Below are positions 36,372 to 45,498 of a DNA stretch of 64,000 nt, in pieces. Made by a program: the position numbers and the translations under genes. The notes under the pieces are model-generated. The model did no database searches, was not told the origin of the DNA, and saw only the letters and a list, made by a program, of their open reading frames with translations. This stretch comes from a virus (lineage: Duplodnaviria > Heunggongvirae > Uroviricota > Caudoviricetes), in IMG/VR virus record IMGVR_UViG_3300013426_000013, positions 125,580 through 189,579 of that record; one strand, 5' to 3'. Positions within the stretch are counted from its first letter, which is position 1. The number at the start of each line of letters is the position of its first letter.

Positions 36372-38873
36372 ATGGCTGATAACGATTTAACTAAAAACTT
36401 TACAATTAATGTTCGTAATGTTCCTAATGCTAAAGTCTTAATTGAACGTGAGGAACGGTCATTTATTGAAGTTGAACAAGGCACTATTTGTCATTGGAAA
36501 GTTTCAGCCCCAGGATATAAAGATCAGATCGGTGAAGTTAAAGTCGTTTCAGATATCAATTTAACTTTAACTCTTCAAAAAGTTCCACCAAAACCAACAC
36601 CTAGCAACTCATATATGAAAGTCCGCCCTAAAAAAGGCAACTATGTTGTTGATTATAAAGAACTTTTTAAAGATACTATTCCACCTACAGAAGAACATGA
36701 TGATGAATATTTGTGGTGTTCTCATGGTTATTTATGGTGGAAGAAATTAACAATTCCTACACCTGAAACATTGTTCGTTGAGGATTTAGGCACATCAGTA
36801 ACAACAACATTAACACAAAATGCTATCACAAAATTCTTAAGTGAAAAAGCTAATGTTACTGACATCTATGATAAAGCATTTATTGACGCTGCTCTATCTA
36901 AAAAATTAGATGCTGCTGATTCTTTAAAAGGAGTGGTATTAGATAAAACTGTTTGTGTCCTTAAAGGCACAGAAAAATTTACACCTGGCGAAAAAATATT
37001 ATTCAACGGGTATATGTTTGAATATGGCTCAACTGCTTTTGGAACAATTTTTGAAGCATTAGAAAATACAACAGCTGAAACAATCTTTATTGGTACTGGC
37101 ACGTTTGATGAAGATTTAACTGTTAATAAAAATAATGTCCGTTTAGTTGGCTTTGGTGATGCTATTATTCATGGTCACATTGAAGTAAACGCTACTAATG
37201 GTTTCTCAATGAAAGGTGTTAATGTACTTTATGTACCTTCAAAAGAAAACACCGCTGCTATTGAATTAAACAAGCCTTTGACAAATTTTGAACTATCAAA
37301 AGTTGATATCATTGTTAAAGGTGCTGCAAATATTATCAATTCCAAAAAGCAATTAATTGATGCGAACATTATTGACTGTCATTTTATTTCAGGAATGAAT
37401 AGTGACAATAAAATGCTCGACGGTATCATTATTAATAATGCTAAAAATCTACGTTTTTCACGTAATAGCATGTTTGGTAATATTGTATTAAAAACTGCAA
37501 TCAATAATATTGAAATTTCTACAAACAATTTCACAGCTTCAGAAGGTACATTAATTTCTTTTGAAGACGGAGTGCTGTCAGATAAAATTAATGTGTTTGG
37601 GAACCTTGCTTTTGGCGCGTCTATTGAGAACATTGTTAAAACAAAAAACATTGATTATTCAAACGTTGAATACTTTAACTTAATTGGCAATCATGTATGT
37701 TATACTCATGCGTTTTTATGGTTGCAAGAAGGTTGCACAGGAATTGACAATGACAAAGTTCAACTGTCATTTAATACTGCAAACAATGGTAAAGATTCAG
37801 ATTTTATTCTTGATGACGAACCTGTCAATGGTGAAGCCCGTGTTTTAATTGATGATGGAAATATTATTACAGACGATCAAGCAATCACTGTTGAGCAACT
37901 AAACAATGCAATAAAAGTTGAACGGGAACGAGCTATTTCCGTTGAAAATACTTTAAATGACATTGTTAAAGATCATATCGAAAATAAAAACAACCCACAC
38001 AATGTCACAAAAGAACAAATTGGTTTAGGCAATGTTGATAATACATCAGATCTAGATAAACCTATTTCGACTGCGACGCAAGAAGCATTAGATAAAAAAT
38101 TAGATTCAGCAAACCTTCCAACACGTTTGCCAAACCCAACAAAATTAGAAATTTTAATGAACGGCATGTTCGTCACTGAATACTTCGGCGGCGAAGATGC
38201 GGAACAAGTTACGGCTGACTTGCATTTTGATAGAACAACGTCAGCACAGTTGTCATGGGTTGATGTACGTGGAATAGTGTCTGCTGATCAAATGGTCAAC
38301 ATTACATCCGCAAACAAATTTGAAAAAGGTGAAGTTGTTAATTATGATTTGACATGGAACCCTGTTGATGTCAACCTAATGGAAATTAAACGTCAATGGG
38401 TTAATGATATTGAAGTCGCCGATTCAGCTCGTTCATACATTTTTGAAAATGTTCAAAACAATATCAATGCAACAGTATCAATTCTTTATGGAAATAAAGA
38501 AGGTTCAACAGAAAATTATACAGCTAAAGTTAATTCAACCATTTCAATTGAATTCTTAAATAAAATTTATTGGGGCGTTAGCGAAGACGAAACTTTAGAC
38601 AACGAAGCTATTCTTCAACTGAATGGTGAACTATCTGACACAATACAAAAGACATTATCTTTTAATTGTGAAGGTGGCAAGTATATGTATTTTGCTGTAC
38701 CTAAAGATTTAATTTCTAATGATGTCTTAATTTTATGCGGCGGTTTGATTTATTCGGATTGGGAACAGTCTGTAATCAATCTAAAAAATGAACATAACTA
38801 TATAACTGATTACGTAGTATTTCGGTCTAATAATATGCAATCAGCTAAATACATTGAAATTTGCTTGAAGTAA
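36372..38873 (+). CDS. Large tail-fibre/spike-like virion protein (Ig-like and beta-helix-like regions)
   Basis: HIENKNNPHNVTKEQIGLGNVDNTSDLDKPISTATQ fibre motif; Asn/Ile-rich beta-helix-like middle. Confidence 0.7.
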   Translation: MADNDLTKNFTINVRNVPNAKVLIEREERSFIEVEQGTICHWKVSAPGYKDQIGEVKVVSDINLTLTLQKVPPKPTPSNSYMKVRPKKGNYVVDYKELFKDTIPPTEEHDDEYLWCSHGYLWWKKLTIPTPETLFVEDLGTSVTTTLTQNAITKFLSEKANVTDIYDKAFIDAALSKKLDAADSLKGVVLDKTVCVLKGTEKFTPGEKILFNGYMFEYGSTAFGTIFEALENTTAETIFIGTGTFDEDLTVNKNNVRLVGFGDAIIHGHIEVNATNGFSMKGVNVLYVPSKENTAAIELNKPLTNFELSKVDIIVKGAANIINSKKQLIDANIIDCHFISGMNSDNKMLDGIIINNAKNLRFSRNSMFGNIVLKTAINNIEISTNNFTASEGTLISFEDGVLSDKINVFGNLAFGASIENIVKTKNIDYSNVEYFNLIGNHVCYTHAFLWLQEGCTGIDNDKVQLSFNTANNGKDSDFILDDEPVNGEARVLIDDGNIITDDQAITVEQLNNAIKVERERAISVENTLNDIVKDHIENKNNPHNVTKEQIGLGNVDNTSDLDKPISTATQEALDKKLDSANLPTRLPNPTKLEILMNGMFVTEYFGGEDAEQVTADLHFDRTTSAQLSWVDVRGIVSADQMVNITSANKFEKGEVVNYDLTWNPVDVNLMEIKRQWVNDIEVADSARSYIFENVQNNINATVSILYGNKEGSTENYTAKVNSTISIEFLNKIYWGVSEDETLDNEAILQLNGELSDTIQKTLSFNCEGGKYMYFAVPKDLISNDVLILCGGLIYSDWEQSVINLKNEHNYITDYVVFRSNNMQSAKYIEICLK

Positions 38874-38883
38874 AGGAAACATT

Positions 38884-39339
38884 ATGACAGAACAACTTAA
38901 AGGTCTTAATATTCCATCTTCAATAGTTCCGTTTACTGATCAAGACGTTTATGCTACTCATGACAGCAAGTTTGGAAAAGGTGGTTGGAAAAGCGTTGAA
39001 ACCATTGGCGAACTAAATGCTATTTCAATGCAACGCAGAACAATTGGAATGGCTGTATATGTTGCATCAGAAAAACAAACATATGTTTTAAATGGTCGTT
39101 TAGATAATTTAGGATGGGTAAAATACTCTGATCAAATTGATAAACATTTTTCATATGATGAGCATAAATACTCACCATCTGATCATTGGGTAATTCACCA
39201 CGGCCTAAATAAAAAACCATCCGTTCAAATTTTTGATGCAAACGGTGTTGAAACAGAGGGGGGGATTACAGTCATTGACAATAATAATATTGTTATTGAT
39301 TTTAACATACCTTTCTGCGGCACTGCTGAATTAAACTAA
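38884..39339 (+). CDS. Virion structural protein
   Basis: ATHDSKFGKGGW...RRTIGMAVYV and WVIHHGLNKKPSV motifs of phage tail/collar proteins. Confidence 0.65.
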   Translation: MTEQLKGLNIPSSIVPFTDQDVYATHDSKFGKGGWKSVETIGELNAISMQRRTIGMAVYVASEKQTYVLNGRLDNLGWVKYSDQIDKHFSYDEHKYSPSDHWVIHHGLNKKPSVQIFDANGVETEGGITVIDNNNIVIDFNIPFCGTAELN

Positions 39340-39371
39340 TTGTATATGATTTACTTTAAAGGAAATTAGAC

Positions 39372-41429
39372 ATGGTTGATTTTACAAAGTCAATTAGAAT
39401 TAATCTAAACATGAATCAAAATGAATTACAAGAAGTAGTAATTCAAAGTCTAACCGCAGCACCTACAGCCAAAAAAGTTGGTTATATCTATTTTGATTCT
39501 GAAAAACATAAGTTTGGTGTTTGCGTAGATGCTACTGCTGGCGCCCAAAAATGGGAATATATGTCAGACGCTTCTGACGTTGCTGCAAAACTTGCTGAAC
39601 TTGAAGCAAAACTCAAAACAGATTTGACTGTTTCAAAAATTGCTGATGCAACTGGTATCCAGCAAGGTTCTGGCGAAGCTGCTACAAAAATTTATTTTGA
39701 TGGTTTGGTTGTATCTGTTGAAGCCGCTGAAGATAATGGCATAGCCGAAGGTGGTGAAGACAGAAAAGTTGGTCACTTCTTAAAGCTAACAAAAACCGGC
39801 GCTGAAGGCAAACCTTCTGAAGTGTCATATATTGACATGCCAGAAACTGTTGAGTCAGGTAAATTAGACAATGAGAATAAAAAGATTGTCTTAACTTATT
39901 CCGACGGTAGCAAGAAAGATATTGATCTTGCTGCGATTTACGAAGCCATTGCTTCTAAAACAGTAAGTGTTGCTGAAACCAACACTGTCAAACTAAATTC
40001 AGCAGTAGATAACGCAACCAAAGCTCAAACGCTATCAGCTGATGTTAAATTGTACGCTGATAGTAGCAATGCTATTACTAAAATTGATGATATCAAAAGC
40101 GAAGACGGTCAAATTACTACTGCTGGCGGTTTAATCGTTCGTAAAGTTGAAGATCTTGCAGCTGAAGATGCACAACTGTCTAACCTCTCCACCGGTAATG
40201 CTGTTGTTAATGCTTTAAAGAATGAAAAATTTGCTGCTACAGCTGAACAGTACGGTGTTATTAAACTTGCATCTGATGCTGATGCTATTGCAGGAACAGA
40301 TAGCAATAAAGCTATTACAGCTGCTTCTTTAAAAGCTGCTTTAGATGCTAATATTGTTGGTGCCGTTACATACAGTGGTACAGTTGCTGCTATCAATTAC
40401 CCTGTTCAAAAAGGTGATTTGTTTCTTGTTGATACGGATGTAACGTTAGCTAAAGTTGAACTGAAAAAGGGCGACTATATTCTATTTAAAGCTGCTGTAG
40501 CCAATGCTGAATCTTTAACAAAAGATGCTTTTGATGTTATTGATAATACTGAAGCTGAAGACATCGTTCGTAAAGACGCTGAACAAACATTAACAAACAA
40601 AACAATTGATGCTGACAAAAATACAATCAGCAACTTGAAGATGACAAATCTTGCTGATGCTAATGCGTCATTTGCTACGACTGAAACAACGGATGAACTG
40701 AAGGCTGCTGCTAAAATCGCTTCCGAAGCTAAAGTTCAGGAAATGATTGATGCTGGCGTTAAGTCTGTTGCTGTCGATGACGTCACAATTCAAAATGTTG
40801 ACGGAACACTGTCTGTTAAAGAAGGCGGTCTTGAAGTCAAGCATATGAAAGAAGATGCTGTTGCTGCTGGAACAATTTCTGCTGCTGATGCTGCTCTTGA
40901 CACAAGACTAGCCACAGAAAAGGCTGTTCGTGCTTTACATGACGGCATCCCTGCTGAAACCATGACGTTGACAAATAAGACATTTGATGCAAATGCTGAA
41001 GGCAATGTTCTGTCAAATGTTGAAGTTGACAATTTCGCTGCTGGTGTTATTGTTAAAGCTAAAGGTGAAGGTGAAACAGGTGGTATTGCTGACGTTGCTA
41101 ATGCTGATGATGCAAAACTAGCTACTGAAAAAGCGATTGCAGAAGCGTTGGCTGCTATTAAAGCTTCAGCTACATCAGCTCACACACTAACCCTTGATAA
41201 AGCCAAATGGGTTATGCATGCAGACGGCGATTCAGCGACATATACAGTTACTTTGTCAACTGATTTAGGTGTCAGCGCTGAACATAAAGTAAGTGTTGCT
41301 AAACTGCTTGATGACCGCAAAAACGAAGTGGAAGGTCTGATTGGTTACAACACTGAAAATGGAACTGTTGTATTCCAAATCAACTGTACTGCAGCCCCTG
41401 AAGGTTGGTCTGCTTTAATCGTTTGCTAA
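39372..41429 (+). CDS. Ala/Asp-rich fibrous virion protein
   Basis: Repeats LTNKTIDA/LTNKTFDA and (K/R)LATEKA; GVIKLASDADAIAG. Confidence 0.65.
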   Translation: MVDFTKSIRINLNMNQNELQEVVIQSLTAAPTAKKVGYIYFDSEKHKFGVCVDATAGAQKWEYMSDASDVAAKLAELEAKLKTDLTVSKIADATGIQQGSGEAATKIYFDGLVVSVEAAEDNGIAEGGEDRKVGHFLKLTKTGAEGKPSEVSYIDMPETVESGKLDNENKKIVLTYSDGSKKDIDLAAIYEAIASKTVSVAETNTVKLNSAVDNATKAQTLSADVKLYADSSNAITKIDDIKSEDGQITTAGGLIVRKVEDLAAEDAQLSNLSTGNAVVNALKNEKFAATAEQYGVIKLASDADAIAGTDSNKAITAASLKAALDANIVGAVTYSGTVAAINYPVQKGDLFLVDTDVTLAKVELKKGDYILFKAAVANAESLTKDAFDVIDNTEAEDIVRKDAEQTLTNKTIDADKNTISNLKMTNLADANASFATTETTDELKAAAKIASEAKVQEMIDAGVKSVAVDDVTIQNVDGTLSVKEGGLEVKHMKEDAVAAGTISAADAALDTRLATEKAVRALHDGIPAETMTLTNKTFDANAEGNVLSNVEVDNFAAGVIVKAKGEGETGGIADVANADDAKLATEKAIAEALAAIKASATSAHTLTLDKAKWVMHADGDSATYTVTLSTDLGVSAEHKVSVAKLLDDRKNEVEGLIGYNTENGTVVFQINCTAAPEGWSALIVC

Positions 41430-41441
41430 TATGCACATGCG

Positions 41442-41478
41442 ACTGATCGGGCGTTTACTATACGCCCGATCAGTTCTT
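41442..41478 (+). terminator. Hairpin / terminator
   Basis: ACTGATCGGGCGT / ACGCCCGATCAGT 13-bp stem. Confidence 0.75.
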
Positions 41479-41512
41479 AATCAAGATAATAGTTTTATTA
41501 GGTAATCACACA

Positions 41513-42277
41513 ATGTCAACATTCGTTAAAGAGTATCGAGCACTTGACCAAGACATTGAACTGTCAGCAAACAGTGATTATCGTGTAGCATCACAAAAAG
41601 CTATTAAGGCATATGTTGATAAAGAAGTTGATCATGTAAAAGGTGCTATTGATTGGCGACTTCAAAACTATACAGTTACAGAAGTAACAAAAACATTAAC
41701 AATACCTTTAGAAAAACCTTGTTATTTTAAAGAAGGTATGTTTGCCCTATATCAAGGGAAAACTGTAATCCCCAATGAATTGTTATCTGTTTCAGCTGAC
41801 AAAAAAACTTTAACAATAACAAGTAGCAATGACTTTGAAATTGATGATATAATTCAACTTCGTTGGGCATATCTTAACACTCAAATTACTGTTGAAGGTT
41901 ATGTTGTACTTCCTGAAGGTGTTACAAATGAATCTACCGATATTGTTATTGAACAAGGAACAATTGACGGGGTTTGGTATAGATTATATAAATCAGGTTG
42001 GCTTGAACAAGGTGGTACACAAACAGGTACTGGCAGTTACGGACTTGCTGAAATTAATCTTGCAAAAGAATATTTAAACAATGAATATTCTGTCAATGCA
42101 CAAATTCAATGGAACTCTACAGATAACATGGATTGGTACACAAACGATTCGTCAATTACTTCTGGTGCAGGTATTTCTGATGTAGCCGGAATTCCTTGTG
42201 ATAAAACGACAACAAGTTTTAAATTGCAAAGTTATAGCACACACACATGGTCTACAAAAGGTCAAGTAAAAGTTTAA
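41513..42277 (+). CDS. Tail-fibre-associated protein with C-terminal WYRLYKSGWLEQGG domain
   Basis: RVASQKAIKAYVD; same C-terminal domain family as cassette 5. Confidence 0.7.
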   Translation: MSTFVKEYRALDQDIELSANSDYRVASQKAIKAYVDKEVDHVKGAIDWRLQNYTVTEVTKTLTIPLEKPCYFKEGMFALYQGKTVIPNELLSVSADKKTLTITSSNDFEIDDIIQLRWAYLNTQITVEGYVVLPEGVTNESTDIVIEQGTIDGVWYRLYKSGWLEQGGTQTGTGSYGLAEINLAKEYLNNEYSVNAQIQWNSTDNMDWYTNDSSITSGAGISDVAGIPCDKTTTSFKLQSYSTHTWSTKGQVKV

Positions 42278-42281
42278 AACG

Positions 42282-42313
42282 AAGAAGGTCTGATAAAACA
42301 GACCTTCTTTTTT
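42282..42313 (+). terminator. Intrinsic terminator
   Basis: AAGAAGGTCTG / CAGACCTTCTT stem followed by T-tract. Confidence 0.85.
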
Positions 42314-42375
42314 GTCTACTTTTCTGTCAAACTGTTCTTTAAGAATAAATAAAAGAATAGAAAAGTAGGTGTCAT

Positions 42376-42645
42376 ATGATTAAAGATGAGGAAATTATTG
42401 AACGTAAAGCTGCTATTGTTGAACACTCTTTAGAAGTCTTAAAACAATTTAATTATGACACTTCACTAATTAAAATTTCTGATGTTGACAGTGTTGATAA
42501 AATACACGTTGATTGTGATGATTATAAATTAGGTTCACTATTCAAAAATGTGATTGCAACGACAAATAAACGTATAATTAATTTAACAGACGAAGATTTG
42601 GATTACGAAGTAACAAGTGGTTGTCAATCTTTTATGACACATTAA
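42376..42645 (+). CDS. Hypothetical protein
   Basis: 89 aa with AGGTG SD. Confidence 0.7.
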   Translation: MIKDEEIIERKAAIVEHSLEVLKQFNYDTSLIKISDVDSVDKIHVDCDDYKLGSLFKNVIATTNKRIINLTDEDLDYEVTSGCQSFMTH

Positions 42646-42709
42646 AATGTTGTTGACAATATTTTCCTTTTATCGTAATATGTAAATATGAAATAAAAGG
42701 AAAACAGAT

Positions 42710-44002
42710 ATGAAAACACATTTTATTGCTTTAATCACCTGCTTAAGTCTTGTCGGTTGTAAAACATATATTCCTACTGACGAATACGGAAATATAATTA
42801 ATACAGACAAATTTGCTTCAGACTATTCTGATCCGGTAAATACTGAAGAAAAAGGCACTCTTAAAACGGTTAATAAAAACACTGTTTTAGCTTGCAATTA
42901 TTCTTCTTTTGAAAATGCACGTCAAGATGCGTATGCTTATGCTCTTGATTTTGATTCAATTCAAAAAATTAAAAGCAACACAAAAACTTATTGCCAGAAA
43001 AATTCAAGCAATAAAGGTTGTTTACATGAACTGAATATAAACAGTGTTATGTCTGACAAAAAACTTGTCAACACAATTAAAAAAGGTGATTGCTATAAAT
43101 TTACGTTTAAAAAAATGAAAGGTTTTAAAAACGTTGATGCTTCGGAAAGCTATTCATCTTTTGATAGACCTTCTGTAAACGAATCTCTTATTCGCATTAA
43201 TTTCGTTAATGTTAATACACCTGTTCGTGCTAAACTTAACGGCAAACCTATTACGTTGAGTCAAGATAAACCTTTTAACATTAAAGGCAAAAAAGTTATG
43301 AACTTTGAAATTATTGACTCTCGTTTCAAGTATAAACGTTTTACAATTAATGTGCCTAAAGAAAGCAAATACATTACAAAAAATGTTGCGCTCGTTCAAG
43401 TATACAAAAAAAGAAAAAAGAATAAAGAAGTTGGTGCAGGTTTTGAACGTCAAGATTATAAAGTACTTAATTCAAAAACCAGTGAACGCGTTGTTGTATT
43501 ACGTAACCGTCATGATGTTGATCCTTCGAATGATCATTTGACAAATCTTCATTCTGAAGTTGTGTTTAAAATTTACACAAATTTCGAAAGATTTGTGGAA
43601 CGCGGTATTGAAAAACCTATGTCTTCTATTGCCGTTCTGACAAATTTACATGAACCACATTATAGTTATTTTGGATTTAAACCAAAAGAACAAAATGCTG
43701 AAAATGATTACGGTCGTGTTACTTTGCAAATTACTGTATATCTTGAAAATATGTTCAAGTTTGCACAATACAACCTACACTATGAAGTAATCAAAAAAAA
43801 TGGTATTGCATATATTAAAGATTCGTTTGGAGGCCCTCATTCAAGTTGGCACTATGATTCAGGTTACAGCTTTGGTAATGGCATTGGCGGTGGGTTATCT
43901 TATAACTACGTAAGTGATTGCATTGTAACTTTAGACGGGAGTAACAAACCTATTTCTAAAATTGAAGTTAAATTTATCAAAGGGTGGTATATGTGGTGGT
44001 AA
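42710..44002 (+). CDS. Predicted lipoprotein
   Basis: Lipobox LVGC at residues 14-17; promoter TTGACA-17-TAATAT at 42653-42681. Confidence 0.7.
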   Translation: MKTHFIALITCLSLVGCKTYIPTDEYGNIINTDKFASDYSDPVNTEEKGTLKTVNKNTVLACNYSSFENARQDAYAYALDFDSIQKIKSNTKTYCQKNSSNKGCLHELNINSVMSDKKLVNTIKKGDCYKFTFKKMKGFKNVDASESYSSFDRPSVNESLIRINFVNVNTPVRAKLNGKPITLSQDKPFNIKGKKVMNFEIIDSRFKYKRFTINVPKESKYITKNVALVQVYKKRKKNKEVGAGFERQDYKVLNSKTSERVVVLRNRHDVDPSNDHLTNLHSEVVFKIYTNFERFVERGIEKPMSSIAVLTNLHEPHYSYFGFKPKEQNAENDYGRVTLQITVYLENMFKFAQYNLHYEVIKKNGIAYIKDSFGGPHSSWHYDSGYSFGNGIGGGLSYNYVSDCIVTLDGSNKPISKIEVKFIKGWYMWW

Positions 44003-44018
44003 AACGAACTCAAAACAA

Positions 44019-44402
44019 TTAATTCAATGAAACTGTTTTATTTGTTGAAGTCGCAGTAGCAGAATCCGTTGAACGTGTACCTAAACTAATTACATATTCA
44101 ATAACCGCTGAAAAATCAGGAATGAATATCTTTTTACCTACAGGTAATTCTGTAAACGGGTCTGCTATTCGATTTGCTAAACATATAATCCAAAATAAAG
44201 TTTCGTCACCGTAATATGCATATGCAAGTAAATCTGGTGTATTTTGTTCCATATCATTAACATATGCAACAGTACAATTTTTGTTTAATACCCAATCAGG
44301 AAAATCGTTAAACTGAAATGAATACATGTCAAAATGATAGCCATCAATAGCACCATCGATTACATCATAAAAGTTTGTTAAATCAAAACTTGTACCAGAC
44401 AT
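44019..44402 (-). CDS. Baseplate wedge / LysM-like protein (T4 gp53-like)
   Basis: TPDLLAYAYYGDETLFWIICLANRIADPFTELPVGKKIFIP. Confidence 0.8.
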   Translation of the reverse strand: MSGTSFDLTNFYDVIDGAIDGYHFDMYSFQFNDFPDWVLNKNCTVAYVNDMEQNTPDLLAYAYYGDETLFWIICLANRIADPFTELPVGKKIFIPDFSAVIEYVISLGTRSTDSATATSTNKTVSLN

Positions 44403-44761
44403 TATTTACCTGCCTTGTTTTCATCTGCTGCTTCAACTACTTCAATATTTGAAGCATCTACATAATCACTTCCTAGAGCTAGAATACCATTCGTAACATT
44501 CTTTAGCAAACCTTCATCCATTTTTGTTAAATCAATTTCTGCAGGGTTAGGCTGCTCTTGATTGTTAATCATTTTCTTAAACATTTCTTGATCAACCATT
44601 GTCTTTGTTTGTATTGTCAATGTAACTGTTGCCATAACAGGTTTGGCTCGTAATGTATTTTCAACCGCACGTATATCTGTTTTTGGTCCTACATATTTAT
44701 CACTTCCTGCCATAATATACGGGATATCAACTTTAACATCTTTTACAATGACATGAGACAT
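44402..44761 (-). CDS. Hypothetical tail/baseplate protein
   Basis: Position in the tail operon. Confidence 0.6.
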   Translation of the reverse strand: MSHVIVKDVKVDIPYIMAGSDKYVGPKTDIRAVENTLRAKPVMATVTLTIQTKTMVDQEMFKKMINNQEQPNPAEIDLTKMDEGLLKNVTNGILALGSDYVDASNIEVVEAADENKAGK

Positions 44762-44809
44762 CGTAAAGAAGTTACCGAAAGAAACATCTACACGTGTGCC
44801 TACTCTAGT

Positions 44810-45493
44810 TTATTGTTTTCCTTTAGCTAGATTTCCTTTGCTATCTTTTTTAATAGTAACATTTTTAACTTTACCATTTTTATCTTTTTCTACCTTAAAA
44901 ACATGGCCATTAAAGTTTGTTACTAAAGGAGATGGACCTGGTGGAATTAATCTTCCTGACTTGTCGTCAATTCTAGGTTGTGCTAAAGATGACAACTGTT
45001 CAATAATATACAGCAAGTCATTCGATGATAAACCACCTGACTGTAGTCTAGTATTACCTGTCCTAATATTATTGTCTGTATTTGATCGTGACGCATATAA
45101 CTCTAACTTCAGTTGTAATGTTAAAGGTTTTGAACCTTGCCAAACTTGAATATTATTAATTCTATGGGTAGTAGACGTTCCAGAAAATAGTTGAACAACA
45201 CCATTAACAAACTTGCTTGAAGCTAAATCCATAGGGTTTATAGTACCGTAATCGTTGGTAAATTGCAACGACAAAACTTCTGGACAATATGCGCGAATAA
45301 TCGTCAACCCATTATACGGTCTGTTTTTAAATGTAGGTGCTTTATACCCTGAACCTATACCATTTTCACCTGAAATTCGTACTTCAAGAATATACGCAGG
45401 ATTAATATTAATACTATCACCATCTGGCAAAGCATCATACTGAGTCACTGATCCTAAAACAGCATTCTTAATACTATTTAAAAAACCTGCCAT
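44810..45493 (-). CDS. Probable baseplate / tail-tube initiator protein
   Basis: Follows the tape-measure-like gene; QVWQGSKPLTLQLKLELYA. Confidence 0.55.
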   Translation of the reverse strand: MAGFLNSIKNAVLGSVTQYDALPDGDSININPAYILEVRISGENGIGSGYKAPTFKNRPYNGLTIIRAYCPEVLSLQFTNDYGTINPMDLASSKFVNGVVQLFSGTSTTHRINNIQVWQGSKPLTLQLKLELYASRSNTDNNIRTGNTRLQSGGLSSNDLLYIIEQLSSLAQPRIDDKSGRLIPPGPSPLVTNFNGHVFKVEKDKNGKVKNVTIKKDSKGNLAKGKQ

Positions 45494-45498
45494 ATTAA

